Shown here: positions 28,660 through 38,417 of the stretch, piece by piece
How the letters are laid out: each line of letters starts with the position of its first letter
How positions within the stretch are numbered: the first letter of the stretch is position 1
IMG/VR virus record: IMGVR_UViG_3300022305_000561
DNA length: 64,000 nt
Reading direction: 5' to 3' (one strand)
Source: a virus
Taxonomy: Duplodnaviria > Caudoviricetes
Position numbers and translations under genes: made by a program
Notes under the pieces: model-generated
Seen by the model: the letters and a program-made list of their open reading frames with translations, nothing else
What the model was told of the DNA's origin: nothing
Database searches by the model: none

Positions 28660-31500
28660 TTATGAAAATAGTTTCTTCAATCCTGAAGAGTGTTTACTTT
28701 GATCAACATATGTGTATGTTTGACCTACGTTACCTTCTGTAGAATATGATACGTGAACCCATCTGGAAGCACCATTATTCTTATATTCCATAATAAGTTT
28801 ATTGTATGGTAAAACTTTTTCCAACTTAGTGACCAAAGCAAATAGATTATCAACACTGTTATTGTCTATGAATTGAAAATCTATTGCTCTGCCTTTATTA
28901 TGATCTGAAGATGCTTTAGATGAGGCAACTGCCCCTTCAGTCCTAAATCCTGAAGTTAGCATCCAAGTGGCTCCATTACCACCACCCTGACAAGCGCCCA
29001 ATTCTTTATAGATGGGTTCTAATATATTCTCACACAATGCAGATAGGTTAGCCACAATCGTTTGTTTTGTGTATAACTTTCTATTACTAGATCCTGCTGA
29101 GGGTAAACTAACATCAGTGATGCTATATTTACCACCCAAGGTCAACATACCTAATGTGAAATGCTCAGACAATTTATAACTTAAGGGGAATCCAGATTGA
29201 TTATTAATTTCATTCAACTTATCTGCAGATATACCTTTACCAGAACCAGCTCCACCAGATACTGCAACTGAATCTTCATCTGTTGGATTCTTAATAGCAT
29301 TGTGTTCATATGCGCTTGTTGTATATAAACTATTAGCTGCCTTTTGTCCACTTGGTGAGTTCCAATCATCTTCCTCTTCATATTTAAACTCGCCAGAAGC
29401 TGACCTTTGAGGTGGTTTCAAGTTTGCGTAAGGTTGGTTATATGCAGATTCAACTGGCGGCACAACAAGTCTGTGTCTACTTGCACTGTTAGCTGCAGAT
29501 AATGAAGTTTTAGTTTCGATAGGAGCTCCAGCATATTTGACATCATATACATTTGGAGTTCCACCACCAAACAAGCTTGATAATCCTGAACTCAACGGTA
29601 ATCCGCTCAATATATCATCTATAGCAGTTTTAGGTAAAGTATTTGGATTATATGTTCCTGCTGGGTTCAATGCTGTCTCTACCAGAACCTGTTCTTTTGC
29701 TCTATCTTTAATTTCTTTACCAGCAAAGTCAACAGGTTTCTTAGCAGCCCCTAATAATGGTAATTCTGTTATATCTTTAATATCAATTTCTGTACCATTC
29801 AAGTCTATTTTAGCTGATTTCATTGATATTATATTTGTAGCATTCAATACTGCTGTTCCAACTGATTTTAATTCTAAATTACCAGTCAAAGTTTGAGCTT
29901 TGAATGTTCCAGTTTTTATTTCAGTTGATTCTGCTATATCAAGTTTGAATGTCTTAGCCTTGATTTGGAAGTCAGCAGGAGTTTCCAACTTAAAACTACT
30001 TGACATCTTCATAAGAGTTTCAGCAGTAGAAGCAGTATCACCACCTTCCATACTCATGGACTTAGAAGTCTTAAGTTTTAAAGCATCAGTAGATTCAATA
30101 GACATAGTACCAATTGATCTTGTGTTTGATGTCTTACCGACTTCAACGTTATAGTTACCTTCTACTAGAACATTGTAATCACCACCAACAGCAATATTAA
30201 GGTCTTTTGCAACTCCAATATTAGCATCATTATGGAATACAGCATCAACTTGACCTTTCACTTCAAGATTTGCATCACCTTGACATAGGATATTCATTGG
30301 ACCTGAAACTGTCAGGTTGCAAGTTCCATTGATGAATATGTTTCCATTACGTTCAGTAATGTAGAAGCCATCACCAACAATATAGTTGATTTGAGAACCA
30401 TTAGGATCTATTTCAATGAATGTACCTTTCTTATGATATAGATTAACACGTTCACCTTGAGGGCTATCATCAAATTCTAATACGTGACCTGATTCAGACT
30501 CAAATACTTTATTGTATGGATATACTGTATTGTATGCTGATTGAGGTTGATCGTATGTGCCAATAGTATTTGCTATTGGGATATCAGTCTTTCTAGTAGT
30601 ATCTTTATATTTTATGTTTGTGCCTTCAATAATACCCCGAGCAAGTCGGTTAGTATCAGGCTCATTCATATAATCCCTGAGGGGATATTTACCCTCAGGA
30701 TCAGTAAATCCATTTGTATTGAAGTTGGCTGTTCTATCTTCAGTATATGCCTCTTTCTTATTAGGAGATGACATATCAATTTCTTTTTGTGTCTTATTGA
30801 TGGCTGTACTAGTAGCATCTTTAGTGGTTGGTGGATTGGCAGCAACACCCCCCAAGAAATATTCATAATATCTAACTTTATGTCTGTATGAATCAGAACC
30901 TGCAGGGTCTCCAGGATTAACTGCAGTCAATGCTTTGAATATGAATCCAGGTTCATACTGAAGAGTCTTCCAACGAGGGATTCTCATCTTTATAAATTCA
31001 ACTGCAACGTTGGCACACAACTCCATAACAGTATCGTCTGTACCAACCATTACATCTGGATTGCTGGCTAAATCTTTTCCAACCAACTTACCTAATGCGA
31101 CATAATTGTCTTTGTGAGTAAGTTGTATAAATCCTCTACCGTAGTATTGACCAGCAGCAGGAGTAGCTCCATTTCGTGTTCCATAGAACCAACCAAAGAA
31201 TTCCTGCTTTGACATATCCTTGCCACCAGCATTACTTCCATATTTTTCAGCATCAGCCTCAGTCACTCTTGGTTTTGTCAAAAGTGTTGCTTTCTTGTAT
31301 CCGTGTTGTTCTTGAACAGGTAACCAAACACTCTCAACTCCAATGATACCTAAAATAGCACATTGAGCATATTTTGAATCTAGTCCTCTACTTTTGCAAG
31401 CCTTTTTTATAGCAGCAATACCACGCATTGCTCCTTGAGTTGCTTTAGCTTCTGATGGAGGTGTATCTGGAATTGGTATGCTTTCTATTGGATCAGCCAT
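28660..31500 (-). CDS. gp5: baseplate hub/spike gp5, C-terminal part: GH19-like lysozyme, beta-helix and peptidase M15
   Basis: YYGRGFIQLTHKDNY (GH19); YPYNKVFESESGHVLEFDD..ER and V.G repeats (gp5); LSEHFTL..SGFR..SDHNKGRAID..WVHVS (M15). Confidence 0.88.
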   Translation of the reverse strand: MADPIESIPIPDTPPSEAKATQGAMRGIAAIKKACKSRGLDSKYAQCAILGIIGVESVWLPVQEQHGYKKATLLTKPRVTEADAEKYGSNAGGKDMSKQEFFGWFYGTRNGATPAAGQYYGRGFIQLTHKDNYVALGKLVGKDLASNPDVMVGTDDTVMELCANVAVEFIKMRIPRWKTLQYEPGFIFKALTAVNPGDPAGSDSYRHKVRYYEYFLGGVAANPPTTKDATSTAINKTQKEIDMSSPNKKEAYTEDRTANFNTNGFTDPEGKYPLRDYMNEPDTNRLARGIIEGTNIKYKDTTRKTDIPIANTIGTYDQPQSAYNTVYPYNKVFESESGHVLEFDDSPQGERVNLYHKKGTFIEIDPNGSQINYIVGDGFYITERNGNIFINGTCNLTVSGPMNILCQGDANLEVKGQVDAVFHNDANIGVAKDLNIAVGGDYNVLVEGNYNVEVGKTSNTRSIGTMSIESTDALKLKTSKSMSMEGGDTASTAETLMKMSSSFKLETPADFQIKAKTFKLDIAESTEIKTGTFKAQTLTGNLELKSVGTAVLNATNIISMKSAKIDLNGTEIDIKDITELPLLGAAKKPVDFAGKEIKDRAKEQVLVETALNPAGTYNPNTLPKTAIDDILSGLPLSSGLSSLFGGGTPNVYDVKYAGAPIETKTSLSAANSASRHRLVVPPVESAYNQPYANLKPPQRSASGEFKYEEEDDWNSPSGQKAANSLYTTSAYEHNAIKNPTDEDSVAVSGGAGSGKGISADKLNEINNQSGFPLSYKLSEHFTLGMLTLGGKYSITDVSLPSAGSSNRKLYTKQTIVANLSALCENILEPIYKELGACQGGGNGATWMLTSGFRTEGAVASSKASSDHNKGRAIDFQFIDNNSVDNLFALVTKLEKVLPYNKLIMEYKNNGASRWVHVSYSTEGNVGQTYTYVDQSKHSSGLKKLFS

Positions 31501-31508
31501 AATATACC

Positions 31509-32195
31509 TTAAAAGTTTTTATCGAAGTAAGCTAATGCTTCTTCTTTAGTGTTGAATGCCATACTTGTTCCTTTGAATGGTAGATATTGTGGTTCTTCCC
31601 ATTGTTCAGGTTTAGATAATGTAGCATTGAATTTCTTGGTGTTCTCATCAAACGATATTGTTGCTATAGTTGTCTCTGATGTATTATCGTTTACATTGTA
31701 GGTGGTATATGTCCCATCAGACAACTGTGTATTGACAGCATTAATATGATATTTACTAGCGGTTGCTTGAACTTCACCAGCACCAGAATCACTTGCTATT
31801 GAATCGATCAGGTCTGTTATAGAGTCACCTGTTGAACTAACCAATTCACCACTATCATCAGTAGATACAACACCATTAGTTACTTCAGAAACATATGCAG
31901 CAGACCGTGTTTGAGGTATACCACCAATTGTTCCAATCATAACAGGTTGTTGTTGAAACTCATCCATAAAGATTACTATGACCCAAGTTCCTTGAACCAC
32001 TCCTGTTGGACTCCAACCTAAGCCATTCATAGAAGCTGAATTGATAGGCAGCATGGGATGAGCCCAAGGTAAATCGAATGTTGGGAGATCGATTTTGTTG
32101 TCTGTATGAAGACCAACGACCCTAACTTGACATCTGCCTAGTTTCAAAGGATCCATCCGATTTTCAACTACCCCAGTATAAAATGTCTGATTCAT
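31509..32195 (-). CDS. gp5: gp5 N-terminal OB-fold domain encoded as a separate gene
   Basis: YTGVVENRMDPLKLGRCQVRVVGLH..LPWA..GTWVIVIF.D..QQPVMIGTI. Confidence 0.9.
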   Translation of the reverse strand: MNQTFYTGVVENRMDPLKLGRCQVRVVGLHTDNKIDLPTFDLPWAHPMLPINSASMNGLGWSPTGVVQGTWVIVIFMDEFQQQPVMIGTIGGIPQTRSAAYVSEVTNGVVSTDDSGELVSSTGDSITDLIDSIASDSGAGEVQATASKYHINAVNTQLSDGTYTTYNVNDNTSETTIATISFDENTKKFNATLSKPEQWEEPQYLPFKGTSMAFNTKEEALAYFDKNF

Positions 32196-32202
32196 ATATG
32201 TC

Positions 32203-33468
32203 TTATTTGTCTAGGTTAATGTCAAAAGAATCTTTTATGAGTGAGAATGTGCATTCGTGAGATGATATCCCTACGTTATGTCGTATGGATGATATCAAGT
32301 AAAATCCAGAAAACATATTGTCTCTAGTGTCAGCCTCAGTATCTTTTTTATCAAGAGGTTTATTTTGATAGAGTTTCAACTCAACCTTTTGACCTACTGT
32401 GTAATCTGTTCTACCCAATACTGTTATTTGAATCTTAACACTTTCTGCTAGTTGTAGTAATGATCTTCTACGTTGAAAGTATTTGGCATTTGATATATCG
32501 TGATTGCCAGTCATAACAGCATTGGCTTTATGCATAGTAGCAATAGCAGAAACTGAACTATGATTTAATGTCTTGGATAATAATGGATATTTATTCAGTC
32601 TCTTATCCTTATCATAATCATTCAGGATATCAAATGTTCTAACAGCATAATTCTTTGTTGTTATATCGTGAGTTATCAAGGTTGATGAGTAAGTCCCATT
32701 CTGTATGTTGCTAATGTAATCAAACGATACAGGAATATTCAAATTCAGTACTCGACTGAAGTCACGTTCTATGTTTCGTATACTCTTGACCGAATCAATA
32801 TCTCTTGAATAGGAATCATTTATAAATAACCTAACTGAATCTGTGTTATATAATGATTCTAATGATATAAAATTCAACCCATTTCTATTCTCAAAGAATA
32901 AGAAGGTTGGTGACCCATTAGCATTAACAGCGTGTTCTGCAAGATAGTTTAGATTCTTGATAGGTGACCAAAAATTAGATACATATGCTATACCATTAGT
33001 GGTTGGCTCAATATGGAATCTATTTGATGTAGGGTTGAGGCTGTATTCAGCAAGAACCTTCTCCGCCAGTTTACCTATATTATCATTATATGATCTACTG
33101 ATTTTGATATTGAGGTCTAACAAAGCCTCTACTGAGATGAAGTGGAGTGTATAACTCACCACTCTATCGCCAGCCATCTCTCTATCTTCTAATTTATAAA
33201 TTCTAAAGGTATTCTCAATGAATGTTCCTTTATTGGTAAATCCTGGTGTTGCTAATCTAATATTGAGGACTTCATTACCAACCAAGGGAAAGTAATTAAC
33301 CAAATCCAAAGCATCCTTTATTACAACTGACCCAGTAATAAATGGCGAAAAGATATCCTCAAAAATATTGAGAGATAACATCATATGCCTAACGTCAATG
33401 GAAATACCCTTGGATGATATTATTTCCATTTTTTGAACGTCTATCTCACCTGCACTTTTCAATTCCAT
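32203..33468 (-). CDS. baseplate hub protein (gp27-like)
   Basis: IFEDIFSPFITG, FLFFENRNGLNFISLESL, SGFYLISSIRH; lies between gp53 and gp5. Confidence 0.75.
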   Translation of the reverse strand: MELKSAGEIDVQKMEIISSKGISIDVRHMMLSLNIFEDIFSPFITGSVVIKDALDLVNYFPLVGNEVLNIRLATPGFTNKGTFIENTFRIYKLEDREMAGDRVVSYTLHFISVEALLDLNIKISRSYNDNIGKLAEKVLAEYSLNPTSNRFHIEPTTNGIAYVSNFWSPIKNLNYLAEHAVNANGSPTFLFFENRNGLNFISLESLYNTDSVRLFINDSYSRDIDSVKSIRNIERDFSRVLNLNIPVSFDYISNIQNGTYSSTLITHDITTKNYAVRTFDILNDYDKDKRLNKYPLLSKTLNHSSVSAIATMHKANAVMTGNHDISNAKYFQRRRSLLQLAESVKIQITVLGRTDYTVGQKVELKLYQNKPLDKKDTEADTRDNMFSGFYLISSIRHNVGISSHECTFSLIKDSFDINLDK

Positions 33469-33968
33469 TATATCGTACCTAACTCTCTAGCAACTTGATT
33501 TATGATTTTTGGGCTGATAATCTTGATTGGTCTTTTACTTTCATTAACAGCATACTCATAATCAGAATTTGTTATTGGCGATGAACCAACAACATTACTA
33601 TCAACAATGAAAGTCTTTCCATTCAGGTTTGCTTCATAATGGTGGATGTCGTTTATATGATCTATACCATATTTGTCAAGTATGACTTTTGCCATTGAAG
33701 ACTCCATCACAGGAAAGTCTGTTATGTAATCATAACGATCGTTTGCTAATAAGATAGCCCAATGATAGTCTGCCTTACCATATACCCTTTCTGCTATTGA
33801 TTCAGGCGTATCGCCATCAACCATAATGTAAGTATCAAATAAGGTAATGTTAGAGAGCACTTCCTTTCTAACCCTAACATTCTTGGTGATGTCTGTCATT
33901 ACCTTATATTCATCTTTACCATTGATGTTATACTTGTATAAAAGTTTACCAAAATCCTGAAAATACAT
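33468..33968 (-). CDS. gp53: baseplate wedge protein
   Basis: MYFQDF, DGDTPESIAERVYG..HWAILLAN (LysM-like), YEYAVNESKRPIKI. Confidence 0.9.
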   Translation of the reverse strand: MYFQDFGKLLYKYNINGKDEYKVMTDITKNVRVRKEVLSNITLFDTYIMVDGDTPESIAERVYGKADYHWAILLANDRYDYITDFPVMESSMAKVILDKYGIDHINDIHHYEANLNGKTFIVDSNVVGSSPITNSDYEYAVNESKRPIKIISPKIINQVARELGTI

Positions 33969-35122
33969 TAGAATTTATCCTTTTTAATATTGTCTTTATC
34001 AAGTTTGCCAAGTTCTTTGAATAATAAGGACATAACAATTTGGGTAGGTGTACCATCTGGAAAGGTTGAAAATGTACCTTGAGGTGCATAATCTAAAGAA
34101 AGATCCATAAGCACGCAAGAAGTATGATGATGTATGTTATCATTAGGTTGATTATTGTTGTAATAAGTTATATCAAATTCTGATGGATAGATATACAAGA
34201 ATTGGTCTTCATCTTTGAATTCGGGGTGCATATGGTATTTGAACTGATGAATAATGTTCAAACAATTAGCAGCTTCTTGAGAGTCTTTTGGTGCAAATGT
34301 ATAGGTGAATGAGAAGGTTCTAAAATCAACAGATTTGAATACTTGTTCTTTTACTGGATTAACGGCAGTCTTGGATATTTTTGAAATCATTCCCGAGGCA
34401 TCACCTGCACCTTGCATCGCTAAGGCAGCAGCACCAGCAGAGACAGTCCCCTTGGTATTCTCGCCCATGGCTTGAGCACCACGATACGAAAGACCGATAT
34501 CCGCCTCTTCATAATTCACAGAATATTTTACTGATAATGCTAGAGGCATATGTAATGCAATTCCAGTTTTAATACGTTTCACGGGTTGATTAAAACCACC
34601 AGTCTCATTTGCTACAATTCCCGTAGCTATAGCTCTAGTCGCTCCTCCTATAATTGAGGACAACAATGAACTGGTTTCAATACCAATAGCGCCTAGCAAT
34701 TTGTTAGCAATAGCGCCTTGTCCAGCACCAATAGCACCTTGAATACCAGCAACTGCCTTAGCACTAATTTTTTGACCTGTTACTTGATTTACTCCAAGAA
34801 CAGCATCAGCAACAAAATTATCAGCAGCCCCAAATTTCCCAATCTTTGATTCGGACTGAACGTTGATATTAAACATAACATAGTTGCCACCATATTCTTC
34901 TTGCATTATGTTGATAGGATAACTAAACGAATCAATTTTGTATTTTGAATATGGAGTTTCTAGTGCTTCTGTTACAAGTACAGCGGCTGCAACTTGAGGC
35001 ACAGTACTTAAAACTGCAGCTATAGCACCACCTGCAATACCGCTTATATTCCCTAAATTCTTTGGGTTATATGGTATAATTCTAACAAGACTTCTAGGAT
35101 CTGCCATTAAATCGTTTGCCAT
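33968..35122 (-). CDS. gp48: baseplate tail-tube cap
   Basis: IALHMP, NPVKEQVFKSVDFRTFSFTYTFAPKDSQEA, YPSEFDI, CVLMDLSLDY. Confidence 0.88.
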   Translation of the reverse strand: MANDLMADPRSLVRIIPYNPKNLGNISGIAGGAIAAVLSTVPQVAAAVLVTEALETPYSKYKIDSFSYPINIMQEEYGGNYVMFNINVQSESKIGKFGAADNFVADAVLGVNQVTGQKISAKAVAGIQGAIGAGQGAIANKLLGAIGIETSSLLSSIIGGATRAIATGIVANETGGFNQPVKRIKTGIALHMPLALSVKYSVNYEEADIGLSYRGAQAMGENTKGTVSAGAAALAMQGAGDASGMISKISKTAVNPVKEQVFKSVDFRTFSFTYTFAPKDSQEAANCLNIIHQFKYHMHPEFKDEDQFLYIYPSEFDITYYNNNQPNDNIHHHTSCVLMDLSLDYAPQGTFSTFPDGTPTQIVMSLLFKELGKLDKDNIKKDKF

Positions 35123-35152
35123 AACACATTCTCTCTATATTACTATTACACT

Positions 35153-35166
35153 TATTTATATAAATA
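35153..35166. promoter_or_regulatory. overlapping divergent late promoters (palindrome TATTTATATAAATA)
   Basis: TATAAATA on the minus strand (35153-35160) and the plus strand (35159-35166) at the strand switch. Confidence 0.8.
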
Positions 35167-35171
35167 ATTTG

Positions 35172-35612
35172 ATGAAAAAACAAAAATACTATCAAGGGTC
35201 TTGGACTCCAAAACAAATATACAAATATGATGGCGATTATACAAAAATCACATATCGAAGTTCTTGGGAACTCAAGTTTATGAATTGGTGCGATAATAAC
35301 TCTACTGTGTTATCTTGGTCATCAGAGGAAACAGTTGTGCCTTATAGGTCACCTGTCGATATGAAACCTCATAGATATTTTGTAGACTTTAAAATCAAGG
35401 TCAATTCCAACAATGGAATAAAGACCTATTTGGTTGAAATCAAACCTGATATGCAAACTCGTCCACCTAAAGTCCCAACAAGAAACTCCAAGAGATACTT
35501 GACTGAATGCTCAACCTTTATGGTCAATCAAGCCAAGTGGGATGCTGCTGATAGGTGGGCAAAGGACAGAGGTTGGGAATTCATAGTCCTAACAGAAAAG
35601 CATTTATTTTGA
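35172..35612 (+). CDS. gp4: head completion nuclease
   Basis: YRSSWELKFMNWCD, WSSEE..PY, HRYFVDF, VEIKP, NQAKW, LTEKHL. Confidence 0.95.
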   Translation: MKKQKYYQGSWTPKQIYKYDGDYTKITYRSSWELKFMNWCDNNSTVLSWSSEETVVPYRSPVDMKPHRYFVDFKIKVNSNNGIKTYLVEIKPDMQTRPPKVPTRNSKRYLTECSTFMVNQAKWDAADRWAKDRGWEFIVLTEKHLF

Positions 35613-35620
35613 TATAAATA
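35613..35620 (+). promoter_or_regulatory. late promoter upstream of gp2
   Basis: Exact TATAAATA. Confidence 0.8.
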
Positions 35621-35645
35621 GTATAAACAATACCAAGGAATAAAC

Positions 35646-36257
35646 ATGGCAGAACGTGAGAAAAAAGTCGCAACATATTATGATATATTTGCTCTCAACC
35701 AATACAACCTAAAAGACATCACACAAAAGTCGTATTCTTGGTATACCCAACAAGCATTACTTTTAGGTCGCCAAGGGTTTACTGCAAAGCGTGTGATTGA
35801 TAATCCTTCAGCTATAAAACAAAGTAAGGTTATTCCTGGAAAATTATATTTATATGGTTATGACCCAAAACATAAAAAGACATTGCCATACTATGATAAG
35901 TTCCCAATGGTATTTCCATTCAAAGTAGTTAAAGGTGGGTTCTTAGGGTTGAATATGCATTATATGCCTGTTCCCTTTAGAATAAAACTCTTAGATAGAC
36001 TAATGCAGATTGATGGAACAAAGAACACAAAACGAGTAAAGATGCAATTATCTTGGGGTTTGATCTCAGGTGCATCTAGTTTGAAGATACTAGAACCTTG
36101 TGTTCATATGTATCTTAACGATCATATTCAAACACAGTTTAGAGAAATAGAAAGAGTAGACTGGGCAACAGCAATGATGTTACCTTGTCAGCAGTTTGTT
36201 GGAGCATCTAACATTCAAGTCTGGAGAGACACAATGAAAAAAGCAGGTATGTACTAA
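35646..36257 (+). CDS. gp2: DNA end protector protein
   Basis: GKLYLYGYDPKHKKTLPYYDKFP, GFLGLNMHY, W..A.MLP.QQF. Confidence 0.93.
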   Translation: MAEREKKVATYYDIFALNQYNLKDITQKSYSWYTQQALLLGRQGFTAKRVIDNPSAIKQSKVIPGKLYLYGYDPKHKKTLPYYDKFPMVFPFKVVKGGFLGLNMHYMPVPFRIKLLDRLMQIDGTKNTKRVKMQLSWGLISGASSLKILEPCVHMYLNDHIQTQFREIERVDWATAMMLPCQQFVGASNIQVWRDTMKKAGMY

Positions 36258-37093
36258 TGGCAGCAGATGATAGCAAAAAATCAGTTGGGTTAGATAATTT
36301 CATATCCCTAATAAAAAATACTGGATTATCTCAAGTTAGCCATTTTAGTGCTGTGTTATACCCACCACCAATGATGAAACGACTAAAATTAGACTTATCC
36401 AAGTTTGCTTTGTTATGTGATACTGCCTCAATTCCAGGTATAAGTTTTATGACTAATGACGTTGCGGTATATGGTGAGGCAAGACAAATGCCCACCCAGA
36501 GATTATTTTCTGATATATCATTAACATTTTATGTTGATTTAAATTTGGTCATCAAGAAATATTTTGATGATTGGACGAATTTGATCATAGACCCCAAAAC
36601 AAGATCGGTCAACTATTATCGTGAATATGTGTCTCATATGGATATAATAGTTCACGATAAAAATCATAATGTCAAATACAAAGTAACTCTTAATGAGTGC
36701 TACCCCAAATCAATACGAAATATTGGATTGGATTATAATGACCATAATCCAATGAAACTATCTGTTGAATTCCAGTATAAGGATTATGTAGTTCATAATC
36801 TATCGGGTGAAGGTGAACAGCTAGAATTAAAAGCGTTCCTGAAGGATAGTTTGAATACTGATGTATTAGGTTCAATAAAACGAGAAACAGCCCGCATAGA
36901 CAGAGAGCATAGTTCAACCAATGAAACTGGTTCGCCGTTGGTCACGTTGCCTGAGATAGTAATAGAGAATGATGTGCCTAAAACTACGTTGCCTGAAGTC
37001 ACACAATCATTAACTAATCCAGATGAGATTATATTACCAACATCAACTAATATCCTTTCAACCACTATAGACCTTCTAAACGCGATATTATAA
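36257..37093 (+). CDS. gp54: baseplate tail-tube initiator (gp54/gp19-like paralogue)
   Basis: LLCDTASIPG, LTFYVD..IKKYFDDW, ECYPKSI..L, LSVEFQY. Confidence 0.7.
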   Translation: MAADDSKKSVGLDNFISLIKNTGLSQVSHFSAVLYPPPMMKRLKLDLSKFALLCDTASIPGISFMTNDVAVYGEARQMPTQRLFSDISLTFYVDLNLVIKKYFDDWTNLIIDPKTRSVNYYREYVSHMDIIVHDKNHNVKYKVTLNECYPKSIRNIGLDYNDHNPMKLSVEFQYKDYVVHNLSGEGEQLELKAFLKDSLNTDVLGSIKRETARIDREHSSTNETGSPLVTLPEIVIENDVPKTTLPEVTQSLTNPDEIILPTSTNILSTTIDLLNAIL

Positions 37094-37094
37094 T

Positions 37095-37505
37095 ATGAAC
37101 ATAGATGATAAATTGAATGAGGTATTTAACCTTGAACCTGTTGATGGTGATTTTATATCCAAACGAGGTGTTGTGTTAGTACCAACAGATAATGCAGTAG
37201 AGAATGATTGTGATTATTCAAGAAACAATTTGTATGGATTACTACAGAGTGGGCAAGATGCCTTAGAATCTGCATTAGAAATAGCCAAACAATCTGAGAA
37301 CCCAAGAGCGTTTGAGGTAGTAGGTAACTTGATAAAACAACTTGCCGACATAAACCATCAATTGTTAGATGTACATATTAAGAAACAGAGGATGACTACA
37401 AAGGAAGTTGATAAAGCAACATCAATTACAAACAATTCAATATTCGTTGGCTCAACAACTGAACTCAATAAATTTATAAACAATATGAACAAAGGTGAAT
37501 CATAA
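37095..37505 (+). CDS. gp16: terminase small subunit (cyanophage-type), relocated
   Basis: DYSRNNLY.LL..GQDAL..A..SENPRAFEV..LIK, TNNSIFVGSTTEL. Confidence 0.85.
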   Translation: MNIDDKLNEVFNLEPVDGDFISKRGVVLVPTDNAVENDCDYSRNNLYGLLQSGQDALESALEIAKQSENPRAFEVVGNLIKQLADINHQLLDVHIKKQRMTTKEVDKATSITNNSIFVGSTTELNKFINNMNKGES

Positions 37506-38218
37506 TGGCATTACCAAAGCAAAGTACCGCAATATACACAACAACTATACCTTCAACTGAACAATCTGTCAAATTTAGACCATTCCTAGTTAAGGAAGAA
37601 AAGGCTCTGTTGATTGCTCAACAATCTGAAGATAAGAATGTAATGGTTGATACTCTAAAGACCATTATCAAAGATTGTATTGTGGATAAGATCAACGTTG
37701 AAACATTGGCAATGTTTGACCTAGAGTATTTGTTGTTACAAATCAGGGCTAAATCAATTGGTGAGATTGCAGAGTTAATCTTTTCTTGTGATGTATGTGA
37801 TGACCCAAAGGCAAGAGTTAAGATTGCTTTTGATTTGACTACTATCAATGTCACTAAAGACCCAAACCATACCAAGAAAATAAACCTATTTGATGATGTT
37901 GGTGTTGTATTAAAGTATCCAACTATTGATGAAGTAAATGCATTGGCTGATGTAGATTTGGATAATGTTGATGCTGTATTTGATTTGATCATATCGTCTA
38001 TTGAATATATTTATGATGGTGATGAAATTTATCATACAAAAGAACAAACAAAATCTGAGGTTGAAGAGTTCGTCAACAACTTAACCCAGCAACAATTTAA
38101 GTTGATAGAATCATTTTTTGAAACTATGCCAAAATTGAGACAAGATGTTAAATACACTTGCCCTGTTTGCGATAGAGTTCATAACAAATACATTGAAGGT
38201 ATTGAATCTTTTTTCTAA
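37505..38218 (+). CDS. gp26: baseplate hub/tail assembly chaperone (gp26-like)
   Basis: MALPK..Y..PS..VKFRPFLVKEEK, FDLEYLLLQIRAKSIGE, two CxxC, FFETMP, GIESFF. Confidence 0.85.
   Translation: MALPKQSTAIYTTTIPSTEQSVKFRPFLVKEEKALLIAQQSEDKNVMVDTLKTIIKDCIVDKINVETLAMFDLEYLLLQIRAKSIGEIAELIFSCDVCDDPKARVKIAFDLTTINVTKDPNHTKKINLFDDVGVVLKYPTIDEVNALADVDLDNVDAVFDLIISSIEYIYDGDEIYHTKEQTKSEVEEFVNNLTQQQFKLIESFFETMPKLRQDVKYTCPVCDRVHNKYIEGIESFF
38209..38215 (+). promoter_or_regulatory. candidate -1 ribosomal frameshift heptamer T TTT TTC
   Basis: Last two sense codons of the gp26-like ORF; the -1 frame is open from here to 38394. Confidence 0.6.
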
Positions 38219-38394
38219 TAGCTCTATGTTCAGATTCCTTGGAAAACTACTACAAGATGAATTTCGCCTTGATGCAGTATCACAAGTATTCATTATCTGA
38301 CATAGAGCATATGATCCCATTTGAACGAGAAGTCTACACAAGTTTATTGACCAACTTCCTTCAGGAAGAAAAAGAGAGACAACAAAAACACTAG
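38215..38394 (+). CDS. gp51: gp51-like tail assembly chaperone extension (-1 frame; first ATG at 38257)
   Basis: LIALCSDSLENYYKMNFALMQYHKYSLSDIEHMIPFEREVY...; missing from the supplied ORF track. Confidence 0.8.
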   Translation, partial: LIALCSDSLENYYKMNFALMQYHKYSLSDIEHMIPFEREVYTSLLTNFLQEEKERQQKH

Positions 38395-38417
38395 AACGCC
38401 AACAGAGATAAGATAAT

